This document shows positions 10,325 to 20,509 of a DNA stretch of 64,000 bases, piece after piece. Below the pieces are notes generated by a model. It was not told where the DNA came from. It worked only from the letters and a program-made list of their open reading frames with translations, and ran no database searches. Position 1 is the stretch's first letter, and every line of letters starts with the position of its first letter. The translations under genes were made by a program, and so were the position numbers. Origin of the DNA: Nitrospirota bacterium (GTDB taxonomy: Bacteria; Nitrospirota; UBA9217). The stretch covers positions 195,913-259,912 of the forward strand of contig OY760142.1 of assembly GCA_963663225.1 (NCBI GenBank), written 5' to 3'.

Positions 10325-11785
10325 TCAAGCCCAGTTTAAACTTCTTTTCAATTTTTCTCTTAGTTCATTTTCTTTATACAACGTTCCGATGCAAATAATG
10401 ATGACTCCTGCAAGGACCTTGACGATAAGGCTTATCCAGACAGTTGCGATGTGGATTTGCAGAACGATAAGGAACATGACGCTTGACAGAGCGAGGTAAT
10501 AAATTAATTTATTAAACTCCAGATTGATGCGCAGATATTTCCTCGACTGAAATGCTCCGAGGAATGTCGCGAGCGAACATGCCGTCAAATTTGCAATAGC
10601 GGCGCCGGTGGTACCGTAGGAGGGAAGCAGCAGTATATTCATGGTAATATTGACGGCAACGGCAAACAGCATAATGCCGAGCATGGTCATTGTTCGTTTT
10701 GCCAAATAGAGGCCGGCGTTGAACAGGCTCCCCATCGCAAATATCATGTAGCCGACAAGGATAACCGGTGAAAAGAAAGCCGCAGCTGCGTATTTTTCAG
10801 AAGCCAGCGTGATAAACAGGTCTTTGGAAACCGCAATATATCCGAAGCAAATGGGTATAAAAGCTATCAGAAGATAATGCATGCTCTTCTGTAAAAAAAC
10901 CTCTGTCTTTTCCTTGCCCTCCTTATTGTAAACCTCCAGATAAATCGGGACAATCGCATAGGATATGGAAAACGTAATAATGTTTGCTATATACATGGCA
11001 AGATTATATCCAACGGCATACAGGCCGAGCATGGCCTCTCCGTGATAAGCAACAATAAGATAACGGTCGGCATAGGACAATGCCAGAAAAGCGCATTCGC
11101 TGAAGAGCAGCGGAAGTCCGAATTTTATCAATCTTTTTGCGAGGTCGCCGGATACCCTTCCCAACTGTACGGGAAACGTTCTAAAAAACCAGGTGAATAA
11201 GACAACGCCGGCCACAAACTCAGAGATTACCACACCGATGAAATATCCGTATAATTCATGAACGACGAACAACAAGAGAAAAAGCGAGAGACCTATGGAC
11301 AGCGCTTTTTCGCATACATTAAGCGCGTTCATGAAAATTGTCTTGCCTTTAACTCGCATGAAATTCATCGCTATAATGTTTAGCGGGCGGATAAACAGAT
11401 AAGCAGCCATAACGCCAAAACAGGTAAGATATGTGGTGTCAATATTGATAAAATGTCTAAGAACGGGAAGAGTCAGCAGATACAGCACGACTGTGACGAC
11501 TGCGAACACAAGGCCTCTGATAAGGACCGTCGTGGAGAATACCGTTAAAGTCTCGGTATCTGAGCTGTTTTCTCCATACAATCTGATAATCCCGTCTGAC
11601 AAGCCGGCTTTGCTGACGGCCACGGCAATAAGCATCGTTGTGGTCACCAATCCCAGAATCCCGTACTGTTCTTTCGTAAGCACCCTTGTTAATATAGGAA
11701 ACGAGATGAAACTGAGCAGCTGTGCCATGCCCATACCGGTAATAAAGTGACTGAATTGTGTAAAAAATTTTCTGACAGCTGACAT
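10325..11785 (-). CDS. oligosaccharide flippase (Wzx/MOP superfamily polysaccharide biosynthesis protein)
   Basis: 486 aa ORF, hydrophobic throughout with about 12-14 predicted helices; N-terminus typical of Wzx flippases. Confidence 0.75.
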   Translation of the reverse strand: MSAVRKFFTQFSHFITGMGMAQLLSFISFPILTRVLTKEQYGILGLVTTTMLIAVAVSKAGLSDGIIRLYGENSSDTETLTVFSTTVLIRGLVFAVVTVVLYLLTLPVLRHFINIDTTYLTCFGVMAAYLFIRPLNIIAMNFMRVKGKTIFMNALNVCEKALSIGLSLFLLLFVVHELYGYFIGVVISEFVAGVVLFTWFFRTFPVQLGRVSGDLAKRLIKFGLPLLFSECAFLALSYADRYLIVAYHGEAMLGLYAVGYNLAMYIANIITFSISYAIVPIYLEVYNKEGKEKTEVFLQKSMHYLLIAFIPICFGYIAVSKDLFITLASEKYAAAAFFSPVILVGYMIFAMGSLFNAGLYLAKRTMTMLGIMLFAVAVNITMNILLLPSYGTTGAAIANLTACSLATFLGAFQSRKYLRINLEFNKLIYYLALSSVMFLIVLQIHIATVWISLIVKVLAGVIIICIGTLYKENELREKLKRSLNWA

Positions 11786-11840
11786 AATAAAATAATGTTT
11801 TGCAGAGCCAATCAGGCAATTCTGCGTCGGAAGCCTGTAT

Positions 11841-12878
11841 TTAAAAACCGGTCAACTTTAGTGCAAAGTACCCTTTTGAGAATCCTCCATGAAGAGACAA
11901 GCTCGAGGCTTCCCACATATTAATCCTTTTTAATGAAAAAGTATCCGAAAGATCATTGACACCTATTTCCGTTGTAACGGCGTATTCATATCCTGCTTCC
12001 TGAACCGCCTTCTTGAGCGCAGAATCGATATTTCCGCATGGATACGAAAAGCTGTTTACCTGCTGCCGGGTGTTCTCTTCTATAATCTGTTTTGAATCAT
12101 ACAGTTCATGTTTCAACTGTATTTTGTCTATCATGGTCGGGTTGTCATGACTGCAGGTGTGAGAGCCGAATTGACCATGATCATGCATCGACGCGATCTG
12201 ATTCCAGCTCATTATAGGATTGCTACTTTTTAATTTTTCGTGGTCTGTCTGCAACTTTTCGTGGAGTATTTTGAGAAGTGAATCTACTTTTTTTGAATCC
12301 CACTCATTAACTCTGGCAAAGAAACCAGACGGGTTTTTCTCAAATTCCTCGAACAACATTGCTACTTCAGAGTTTGTCCGCTGTATAAGTGTCTCTTTGC
12401 TGCCCCATTGCTGCATCTGAATAAGGTAATAATACAATTGATCCCACCAGAACGGATTCTCATCTTTGCTACCGATTTTATCGGCAGTGAGAAAGAATGT
12501 CGCGGTCAAATCCAGTTTTTTAAGCACTGGGTAGGCATTCCGATAGTTATCTTCATAACCGTCGTCAAAGGTAATAATCAGCGAGTTGGAAGGTAACTTA
12601 TTGCCGGGATAATTTTTTTTTAAATCCTGGAACGAAAGAACAGTATACCATTTCTTAATAAAGCGTAGTTGATTCTCAAAACTCTCTACTGTTGTAAACA
12701 GATATGGCAGCGACGCGTCAAGTTTACTGAGCGATTGGCCAGTCACCCTGTGATAGGTTATGATGGTAAGCCGATTACCGGCAATATTGTTCAGAAAACG
12801 GACAAAATGAAATAATCCGGTGTATAGATATAGCAAACCAACGGCTCTTCGAACAGTTTGTTTTATTTTAGTAACCAC
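11841..12878 (-). CDS. membrane-anchored polysaccharide deacetylase (NodB domain)
   Basis: 345 aa ORF; N-terminal TM helix, NodB motif LIITFDDGYEDNY and His motifs (HTCSHDNP). Confidence 0.7.
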   Translation of the reverse strand: MVTKIKQTVRRAVGLLYLYTGLFHFVRFLNNIAGNRLTIITYHRVTGQSLSKLDASLPYLFTTVESFENQLRFIKKWYTVLSFQDLKKNYPGNKLPSNSLIITFDDGYEDNYRNAYPVLKKLDLTATFFLTADKIGSKDENPFWWDQLYYYLIQMQQWGSKETLIQRTNSEVAMLFEEFEKNPSGFFARVNEWDSKKVDSLLKILHEKLQTDHEKLKSSNPIMSWNQIASMHDHGQFGSHTCSHDNPTMIDKIQLKHELYDSKQIIEENTRQQVNSFSYPCGNIDSALKKAVQEAGYEYAVTTEIGVNDLSDTFSLKRINMWEASSLSLHGGFSKGYFALKLTGF

Positions 12879-12919
12879 GAATGCTTCCTTTTCCGTGATA
12901 AAACTGAGCGTATGACTAC

Positions 12920-13996
12920 TTAATGATTTCCCCAGGATAACAACATTCTTTTTAATGAGACAAGCATTTTTATCGCATTAAAAGGAAACACTGAGCACAA
13001 GCGGTAAAACCAGAAGGTGTTATCACAGTACGGATTGTTTATCGATTTAATCACCTTCCAGATTGCTTCCGCTTCATACCGCATGCCTTTTTTTAGATAC
13101 TCTTTGTATAAAAGCACAAGCAACCTTTTGTATTCTCTTTCAATCTCTTCTATTGCGGGTCTGTTCGGACTTTGCGATGGGAAATATATTTTTTTACAAA
13201 TATCGATATGATACCGCAATTTTGTAAGATATTCGACCTGCGTAAGACGATTACCGGCATGACTTCTGTTGCCCGCTGTGGCAATATCCATAAAAATAAG
13301 ATCACAATCCTGCGTCAAATGGGCCATAAGCCAGTAATCTTCCCATGTCAAATAACCTTCCGAAAATCGAATCTTCTTCTCAAAACATTCTCTTTTTGCC
13401 AGAAGTGTCCAAGCACTAATATAGTTATTTTTTAATTCTGCAGAAAATAGATTTCCTGCATATATGTCAAAAGAATCGTTATTATAGGTTATCCCAAAAT
13501 CCCTAGAGCTGTATTGTTTCGAATATACATCTGACCAAGTGCGAATACTTCCTTTTTCCCCCATACCCACCCAGGTATGCAAACCATTATTCGAAATAAT
13601 CCCCGTCTTATCAAATATGTAAAAATCTGAATGCACCGCTTTATAGGTAGGAAAAGCCCGCAACACGTTAAATTGCAATGACAGCTTAAATGGCATCCAT
13701 ATATCGTCAGAATCTAAAAAGGCGAGCCATTCGTTCTGCGCCTCCTGGATTCCACGGTTTCTTGCTGCGCCTGCACCGGCATTTTGCTGGCAAATATATT
13801 TTATTTTACTGCCGAAGCCCAGCACAACTTCCCGCGTATTGTCTGTTGATCCATCATCAACAACAATAATTTCAATATCGCAATTGTGGATATCCTGATC
13901 GAGCACGCTTCGGATTGACTCGGCGATTAAACCAGCACGATTAAAAGTAGGAATTATTACAGATACAGACGGGAACTCAGTCATATTATTAACCAT
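12920..13996 (-). CDS. glycosyltransferase family 2
   Basis: 358 aa ORF; GT2 N-terminus VSVIIPTFNRAGLIAESIRSVLDQ...IEIIVVDDGSTDNT. Confidence 0.75.
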   Translation of the reverse strand: MVNNMTEFPSVSVIIPTFNRAGLIAESIRSVLDQDIHNCDIEIIVVDDGSTDNTREVVLGFGSKIKYICQQNAGAGAARNRGIQEAQNEWLAFLDSDDIWMPFKLSLQFNVLRAFPTYKAVHSDFYIFDKTGIISNNGLHTWVGMGEKGSIRTWSDVYSKQYSSRDFGITYNNDSFDIYAGNLFSAELKNNYISAWTLLAKRECFEKKIRFSEGYLTWEDYWLMAHLTQDCDLIFMDIATAGNRSHAGNRLTQVEYLTKLRYHIDICKKIYFPSQSPNRPAIEEIEREYKRLLVLLYKEYLKKGMRYEAEAIWKVIKSINNPYCDNTFWFYRLCSVFPFNAIKMLVSLKRMLLSWGNH

Positions 13997-15116
13997 GGGT
14001 GGTCAACTTAAACAATTTTTTCGCGAAATCTTTTATACTGAAAATAGACTGTAATAATTGTCCTTTATAACTTTTATTAAATGCACATACTATGACATGT
14101 TTTCTCTCGTTTTCCTTCGCCCATATTCGCTTCCATGTCATGGAGGGTCCGAGAAAATCAAATTCAGTTATGTTACGCTTGAAGACGGCATCAAATTGCA
14201 TCCATTTAAGCGTGTTGCCTACTCCGAATTCATGGTATGTTTCGTCAAATTCAGTTTTTAAATCATACAAGGTGTTTTCATACAGCAGACAAAAGTCAAA
14301 AACAACGGGTGTATTTCCGGCATAAAGAATATAAAGCTCCAACCATGCTTCCCGTGCAGCGGTATACGCCAAGTCACGGTAAAAAGATTTTAGTAATGGT
14401 GTCGAAGAAAGAGCCGTGCCCTCCCTGGCTTTCCAGCTTTTTGCAGCAATTGTGAATACATCATCAAGTGCTTTATCCAACTCAGATGAGTCCTTATAGG
14501 AGATAAGTTTTACAGGACCGTTTTCCTCTAGTTTTTTAAACCTGCTGTTCAAACCTCTCTTAAATCGTGGCTGAAGGTTCTTAATATAGTCATCCCAGCA
14601 GTTCGTTATGGGTATATACGGCGTCGACATTTGAAAATACTGTTTGCAGGAAATGTCTTTTTTCTTCAAAGACGCTAAAAAGTGCTTTTTAGCAGGTGAA
14701 TCGTCGTAAAAATACTCAAGATTCAGTAAATCCCATGTTTCGCCATATTCATTCAGCAAGCATGAGACTATAACATCGCATGCTTGTTCTGGCTTATCAC
14801 TTAATATTAGATCTGCTCTGTTTGAATGAACATTTGCTATAAATTCAATTTTGTTTGCGTTCAGTGTTGTGTTTGTTTTGCCAATGACAGTATATGGTCC
14901 TTGGTTGAACATAAAAGGAGCTATCGCAATAAGTTCGTTTTTATCATATACAAGTATGATAAAGAGCTTATTTTCGGACCGGAAGGCTCTCCACCATGCA
15001 TCCATCCATTCGTGAGTTAGAAAAACAAAGGGGTGAAGACTTCGTTTTAGCAAGTTGTTCCAAGCATTCTTAATCTCCAAAAAATCTTCATATGTATTTA
15101 TGACGTGAACCTTCAT
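13989..15116 (-). CDS. FemAB-like / GNAT-fold acyltransferase (CelD/BioF2-like), paralog 1 of 3
   Basis: 375 aa ORF. Shares N-terminal W-rich motif (THEWMDAWWRAF) and C-terminal EFDFLGPS-type motif with the next two genes. Confidence 0.6.
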   Translation of the reverse strand: MKVHVINTYEDFLEIKNAWNNLLKRSLHPFVFLTHEWMDAWWRAFRSENKLFIILVYDKNELIAIAPFMFNQGPYTVIGKTNTTLNANKIEFIANVHSNRADLILSDKPEQACDVIVSCLLNEYGETWDLLNLEYFYDDSPAKKHFLASLKKKDISCKQYFQMSTPYIPITNCWDDYIKNLQPRFKRGLNSRFKKLEENGPVKLISYKDSSELDKALDDVFTIAAKSWKAREGTALSSTPLLKSFYRDLAYTAAREAWLELYILYAGNTPVVFDFCLLYENTLYDLKTEFDETYHEFGVGNTLKWMQFDAVFKRNITEFDFLGPSMTWKRIWAKENERKHVIVCAFNKSYKGQLLQSIFSIKDFAKKLFKLTTHG

Positions 15117-15127
15117 TTCATGGTATT

Positions 15128-16273
15128 TCAGGATTTTTTGGCGATATATGCAGTCTGGCTGGGCAAACCGGCACTTCTAAATAGTTTTTTTGCTGAGCAT
15201 TTTATACGATATAAAATATTCGAGAGCGTACCATTTATTGTTTTGTTATAAAGAGTAACCGTAAACAAAGGACGGCCATCTTTGGTCCAGCCGCTTTTAT
15301 ATTCCTCGCTTCCCTGTAAGAAGTTATACTCTGTATTGCCGTTTTGAAAGGCTTCTTTGATTGCCTCAAATACAATAGCTTTGCCCGGTCCAAACCGCTC
15401 CCATTTTACGTCCATTCCCTTCTGATAGGAAAATATGCGTCCTTGATAGTTAAAATTATAAGAAGCGGCAATGACGTCTTTTTTGTTTCGCAAAAACCTC
15501 ATGGAAATCCAACCGGAGTTGTTTATGCGTTTTGACAAAGCCTTGTGGAATTCGAGAATCGCGGCATCATTAAAGGTGCTGCGGATTTTTTTTCTACTGG
15601 ATCTGCTCGCATGAATAGCAAACAAGGTATCAAATGCTTCAGGTTCGGCCAGCGGGTCACACGATTCATATGAGAAGCCCTGCGCTTCCAGTTTCTTTTT
15701 TCTGCTTTTCAGGTTGTATCTTTGTTTGGAATCAAGGGTATTTACAAAATCTTCAAAGCTGCCGTGCAACGGAATAAAGTAAGCGTAGGAATCCTGCCGG
15801 ATATTGTAACAGAGGCCGTTCCTGTAATCAGCGCGGTCCTGTTTAGTCCATGAAATAAAGTTGCTGCCCTCAGCAAACAGTCGCAAATCAAGAACGTCCC
15901 ATTCTCTATATTCAGAATACAGGAAATTACAGAGTGCTTCGATGCATGCTTTCGCGTTTTCTTTTGATGCAATAACATCAAGATGGTCAGGATACAGCTC
16001 CCTGCAGCCGCAATAGGTTAATACACGGCCGACAGTACATTCTCTGTTCAAACAAATATTATACGAAGCAAGCGGGAGTATGCCTTTAAGTTCGGAATCC
16101 TCATACACAAATAAAATGAGAGGCATATAGCTTTCACCAAACTGTTCCCACCAGGTATATATCCATTCCCAGGTGCAGAAGATTGATGGAATCGGCATCG
16201 AAGCCGCCAAACAGTTCCAGGCGTCCCTGCTGTTTTCGAATTCCTTCTCAGTTGCGATCTTTACTGTATACAT
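15128..16273 (-). CDS. FemAB-like / GNAT-fold acyltransferase, paralog 2 of 3
   Basis: 381 aa ORF; CTWEWIYTWWEQF N-terminal motif and EYNFLQGSEEYKSGW C-terminal motif, collinear with paralogs 1 and 3. Confidence 0.6.
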   Translation of the reverse strand: MYTVKIATEKEFENSRDAWNCLAASMPIPSIFCTWEWIYTWWEQFGESYMPLILFVYEDSELKGILPLASYNICLNRECTVGRVLTYCGCRELYPDHLDVIASKENAKACIEALCNFLYSEYREWDVLDLRLFAEGSNFISWTKQDRADYRNGLCYNIRQDSYAYFIPLHGSFEDFVNTLDSKQRYNLKSRKKKLEAQGFSYESCDPLAEPEAFDTLFAIHASRSSRKKIRSTFNDAAILEFHKALSKRINNSGWISMRFLRNKKDVIAASYNFNYQGRIFSYQKGMDVKWERFGPGKAIVFEAIKEAFQNGNTEYNFLQGSEEYKSGWTKDGRPLFTVTLYNKTINGTLSNILYRIKCSAKKLFRSAGLPSQTAYIAKKS

Positions 16274-17414
16274 TTTTTATCAGTTTCTTGCCCGGTTTAA
16301 TGACCCGTTGTGACAGGTAATGTACCGCCCTATTGGAGACGTTATTTTTCTTAATAAAAAGCGAGAAATTAAACCGAGTATTGTTTGCCCAGAAGTATTT
16401 ATATTTTTCATCGCCCCGGAGAAAATCAAACTCAGAACATCTCTCGGAAAAAGCTTTTTCGATCATCAGGGATAACAGAACCGTGCCCGCACTTTTTTCT
16501 TCCCCGTGCGCGGACAGTCCTGTTTGGTAATAGTAGTATTTGTTGTTGTACTTTATACAATAATAAAAAGCCTGATAAACCGACTCCTTCAGGAGAAAGG
16601 CAATAATTATTTTGTTTTCATTCAGTAAGTAGCCAACCAAGGATTCGTGGAAACTATAGACCTTGTCTCCTCTGAAGGCAGTCGGATAATTTTTTCTTTT
16701 TGCACGTTCCGCATGAAGCAAGAATAAAGTCTTCAGGTAGTGCTGCAGATTACCGGATTGGCTGTCCAGAATGCGGCATTTCCAGTTTTCCTTTTCCAGC
16801 AGATTTTTTTTCTTGCGCAGAAGTGTATTGCGTGTTTTTCCTGAAAAAGAACCGAGAAAGTCCTCAAAAGTTTTATCGATAGTCAGATAGGGGCAACGAG
16901 AGTCCGCGTTGCATTCAATGAGTAATTTTAGGAGCCCGTTTCGATGATCCGAAAGATACTTTTTTATGCAGGAGTTTTCATGCACGCCTTCCAGTGTTAT
17001 TTCATCCCATTCCATCTCATGCGTCTGTAGATAATCAAATACCAGCTTCGGGAAAAGGTGTTCAACTCTTCTATCGCAAAGAATGTCGAGATGATCGGGA
17101 GCAGTCTCGGAAGAGGAGCAGAATTTGACTGTATTGCGTCGGACACCGAAATATCTTTTTTTCTCGATATAAAACGGCGCAATCCCGACTAGTTGCCCTT
17201 GTGTGTCATAACCACAGACAATAAGTAGTTCTTTCTTTTCGTTTTTAAACGTATTCCACCAGGAAAACATCCACTCCCAAGACAAAAAGAATTCATTCGT
17301 AACGCTTCTGTTCAGGAGTTCGTTCCATTGTTCCCGCAGAAAAGTAAAATCTTTTTCCGAGAGCCGTTTTATAAAAAGAGATTTCACTTCTATGTCTGAC
17401 TTCGTTGTTATCAT
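16248..17414 (-). CDS. FemAB-like / GNAT-fold acyltransferase, paralog 3 of 3
   Basis: 388 aa ORF; LSWEWMFSWWNTF and EFDFLRGDEKYKYFW motifs. Overlaps paralog 2 by 26 nt. Confidence 0.6.
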   Translation of the reverse strand: MITTKSDIEVKSLFIKRLSEKDFTFLREQWNELLNRSVTNEFFLSWEWMFSWWNTFKNEKKELLIVCGYDTQGQLVGIAPFYIEKKRYFGVRRNTVKFCSSSETAPDHLDILCDRRVEHLFPKLVFDYLQTHEMEWDEITLEGVHENSCIKKYLSDHRNGLLKLLIECNADSRCPYLTIDKTFEDFLGSFSGKTRNTLLRKKKNLLEKENWKCRILDSQSGNLQHYLKTLFLLHAERAKRKNYPTAFRGDKVYSFHESLVGYLLNENKIIIAFLLKESVYQAFYYCIKYNNKYYYYQTGLSAHGEEKSAGTVLLSLMIEKAFSERCSEFDFLRGDEKYKYFWANNTRFNFSLFIKKNNVSNRAVHYLSQRVIKPGKKLIKNVYSKDRN

Positions 17415-17454
17415 GAGAATATCGCTATCGCCGCCTCTTTTGCGCTGTTGACGG

Positions 17455-18609
17455 TCAGTTTTCTCTGGTGAGAATTACCTGTTTAAAGATTGTCTCATAA
17501 TTTTCTATCATATGTTCCAGGCTGAATTTTTCTTCCACCCTTTTTTTTGCGGCCGTGCTGAACTGTTGCGCCGTTATCGGATCATCCAAGATGGACCAGA
17601 TGGCTTCCGCCAGCGCGTGGGAATCTCCGGGCGGGACCAAAAAACCCGTCTCACCCTGGACAACTGCTTCGGCATTGCCGCCGACCGTTGTTGCCACTAC
17701 CGGCTTGGAAGAAGCCATGTATTCCAAAATCGTGTTTGAAAAACCTTCACTTAATGAAGCCACAACGGCAACATCGAATATGGAAATTATTTCCGGAACA
17801 TCTCTGCGCCTTCCCAGAAAATGCACATTCCGGGAAACACCAAGTTTTTCGGCCATTGTCTGCATACTGCTGATTGAATAACCCATGTCAGTTGTATCAC
17901 TGCCGGCGATGAGAAACTCAACATCGGATCTTCTTTTGCAAATACGCGAAGCGGCCTCAATGAGATACGTAATGCCTTTTATGCGGCGAAGATTTGCGAC
18001 GAGTCCCACTACCGGATGAGCAGGGTCAATACCGATTTCTTTTTTAATATCTGAGCACGTTCTGCGGCACGTATTGTATTCCCGCAAATCAACTCCATTG
18101 TAAATCGAAACTATCCGTTTTTCAGGAAACCAGCCTTGTTTAACTATCTCCTGTTTGACTGCATCGCATACGGTTATCTCCCGATCAAAAAAACCACCGA
18201 TAAGTTTGTACGCCATCTTATGATGCGAGCGCGTTTTGAAGCCCATGTCTCTTCTGCTTGAAATAACCGGAATATTGCATGCTTTAGCAAGGATTAAGCC
18301 GTAAAAATCTGAAGTTTCGTGATACGTTACGATGAGCGAAATATTCTTATTTTTAATCAACCTGCGCAGAAAAAAGATATTTTTTATCCCATTGACAGTA
18401 TAGATCCCACCCCGCAAAAGGTCAAAGACTGAGTGGCCTTCTTCGCGCATTTCCTGAGCAAGCTGGCCGGAATAGATGCAAGCCATGTAAAGATTAAATT
18501 TCTCTTTATCAATACCTTTTAGCAGCTGTGTAATATTGCGTTCAGATCCCGCCATTCCCATGAACGTGTCAGTCAGGATCAGCACATTATATTTATTTGT
18601 CATTTCCAT
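17455..18609 (-). CDS. glycosyltransferase family 4
   Basis: 384 aa ORF; VVASLSEGFSNTILEYMASSKPVVATTVGGNAEAV GT4 signature. Confidence 0.8.
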   Translation of the reverse strand: MEMTNKYNVLILTDTFMGMAGSERNITQLLKGIDKEKFNLYMACIYSGQLAQEMREEGHSVFDLLRGGIYTVNGIKNIFFLRRLIKNKNISLIVTYHETSDFYGLILAKACNIPVISSRRDMGFKTRSHHKMAYKLIGGFFDREITVCDAVKQEIVKQGWFPEKRIVSIYNGVDLREYNTCRRTCSDIKKEIGIDPAHPVVGLVANLRRIKGITYLIEAASRICKRRSDVEFLIAGSDTTDMGYSISSMQTMAEKLGVSRNVHFLGRRRDVPEIISIFDVAVVASLSEGFSNTILEYMASSKPVVATTVGGNAEAVVQGETGFLVPPGDSHALAEAIWSILDDPITAQQFSTAAKKRVEEKFSLEHMIENYETIFKQVILTREN

Positions 18610-18633
18610 AATTTCAACACATTTTTAGCAAAA

Positions 18634-19332
18634 TTACTTTTCTTCTTGTTTTTTGTCTATGGTGTCTGGTTTTGTGCCAGATGATTCTTGGTTCGGTTTC
18701 GAGAAATCGACGGAAAGCAAATGACATTTTAAATCTTTTCTGAATGTTTTCGAGGCCATGATATCCTGCACTTCGAATTTATTCTTACCTTTAAATAAAT
18801 AGTCAAACTTCGTCAGGCCCTGTCGCTCCCATTCCATGAGGCATTTTTGCTTATATTTTTCTACTGTTGAAACACGTATTGCGGGATTTCCTATCATGAT
18901 ACTGCCCGGTTTTACATCGTTGATAACCGTAGCATAGGGGCCGATGATTGAATTTTTTCCAATTCTAACTCCGGCGGATATAGTAGCATGAGCTCCTATA
19001 AAGCAATTATCTTCTATGATGACTTTTCCAAAAAAACGTAAATGCGGGAGCTCGTCTCTGAAAATTACGCTCGCGCCGTCATGCGTCATGAGATCCACGC
19101 CATACGCTATGGAAACACTATCGCCGATTTCAACCAGATAAGGTTCTGAACTCAAGCTTCTAATTTGAAGAAAACAATTTTTCCCGACTATTGCGCCCTG
19201 TTTTCTGAATTTTTCTGCAATCGTAACGTCATTGTAGCGGAATCGTTCGTAAATTCTGTGAAGAATGTAAGCAACCATGTACAAGGGTGCGAGCAAAATT
19301 CTTAGCTTTTTACAGTACATAGACACCTGCAA
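18634..19332 (-). CDS. hexapeptide-repeat (left-handed beta-helix) acyl/acetyltransferase, paralog A
   Basis: 232 aa ORF; N-terminal hydrophobic helix; conserved block AEKFRKQGAIVGKNC...EPYLVEIGDSV...MTHDGASVIF...GKVIIEDNCFIGAHATI shared with 25990..26589 and 28749..29378. Confidence 0.7.
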   Translation of the reverse strand: MQVSMYCKKLRILLAPLYMVAYILHRIYERFRYNDVTIAEKFRKQGAIVGKNCFLQIRSLSSEPYLVEIGDSVSIAYGVDLMTHDGASVIFRDELPHLRFFGKVIIEDNCFIGAHATISAGVRIGKNSIIGPYATVINDVKPGSIMIGNPAIRVSTVEKYKQKCLMEWERQGLTKFDYLFKGKNKFEVQDIMASKTFRKDLKCHLLSVDFSKPNQESSGTKPDTIDKKQEEK

Positions 19333-19361
19333 TATCCATTAAATTTTTTACCGCAAACGCA

Positions 19362-20459
19362 CTATTTAACGTCGCAACGGAAATTTCCCGAATAATCCAC
19401 GCTACCATTTTTGGCGAGTACCACGAGGTTCATTTTTCTAAAACTCGGCACTAAACCCAGCGGTGCATAATCTTCAAAATTCAGATATGTTGCATTTTCA
19501 AATACTACTCCCTTCGCGTTCATCTCTTCCGCACGTTTTACGGCTTCATACAGGAGTGCTGCTATATGCGGCATGCTGCATTCTTTAAAAGGATTTACAA
19601 TCAGGAAGTCGACAACAATAAAAAATTGTGTTTTGCTTTCCTTGATCGTTTCTAACGGATAAAAATTTATAAAAGCGTTTATTTCACCATCGCGTTCTAC
19701 TACAAAAGTTCTGTGCGTGGGATGGCCAAAACAGTAGTGTTTGAGCTGATCTTCCGCCATGGTCAGCATAAAATGCGGTGCATCGGGAATTTTATTAAAC
19801 AATTGCGTCAACTGTCCGGCATCAGCTTCTTCTGCAATTCTTATTCTGGCAGAACCGGGCAACGGAGAATTGTCTTGCAGGTATTTTTTCAAACGTGCGG
19901 GCATGACTACACACTGGTTGAATGTTGAATAAGTTTTTCGCTTCACCTGAAAATATTTTGCCGACAGTTTATCACCTATGCTTTTTAATGGCTTTCCTTC
20001 TTCAATATAGGCAAATGTCGCGCTGCAGTCGGGCTCATAGAAATCTGCATCAGGGTGAAATAAATGAGTATGTTCGGCCAACTGCATTACACAATCCATC
20101 CTGTGGCGTAAATCAAGCCGGGGAGAAACTGCAAGGTGGGTGTTTAAATATGAATTCATTACATTCCCATTACAGATCATTTTTCTAGGGAGAAAACTCT
20201 GAAAGGCCACTAATTCATCATCAAGGAACGCTCCAAGAAGTATGTTTTTGTCAGTATTGGGTCCTCCATACAACCACAGTAAATAGTCCTGGGGAAATAC
20301 CGGGCTTCCTGTTTTGCCGTACAATTGGCTCCAGATAGAATTCAAAAATGTGCCTATTTTCTGCATTTCTTGCAATGAAAGACGCGAAAATTTCAGCAAT
20401 CGTTCATGCCGCAGCAATTTTATAAAAGAAGTAAGTGGTTGTCCGTTTTTAATTTGCAT
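19362..20459 (-). CDS. hypothetical protein (possible GNAT-like acyltransferase fold; function unknown)
   Basis: 365 aa ORF in operon context with no overlap conflicts. I recognise no diagnostic motif; the segment LLGAFLDDELVAFQSF is only weakly GNAT-like. Confidence 0.45.
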   Translation of the reverse strand: MQIKNGQPLTSFIKLLRHERLLKFSRLSLQEMQKIGTFLNSIWSQLYGKTGSPVFPQDYLLWLYGGPNTDKNILLGAFLDDELVAFQSFLPRKMICNGNVMNSYLNTHLAVSPRLDLRHRMDCVMQLAEHTHLFHPDADFYEPDCSATFAYIEEGKPLKSIGDKLSAKYFQVKRKTYSTFNQCVVMPARLKKYLQDNSPLPGSARIRIAEEADAGQLTQLFNKIPDAPHFMLTMAEDQLKHYCFGHPTHRTFVVERDGEINAFINFYPLETIKESKTQFFIVVDFLIVNPFKECSMPHIAALLYEAVKRAEEMNAKGVVFENATYLNFEDYAPLGLVPSFRKMNLVVLAKNGSVDYSGNFRCDVK

Positions 20460-20509
20460 GTATTATGTCCAAGATGTCGCCATGGTCGCTCAAGGTGAAT
20501 TATTTCGGT

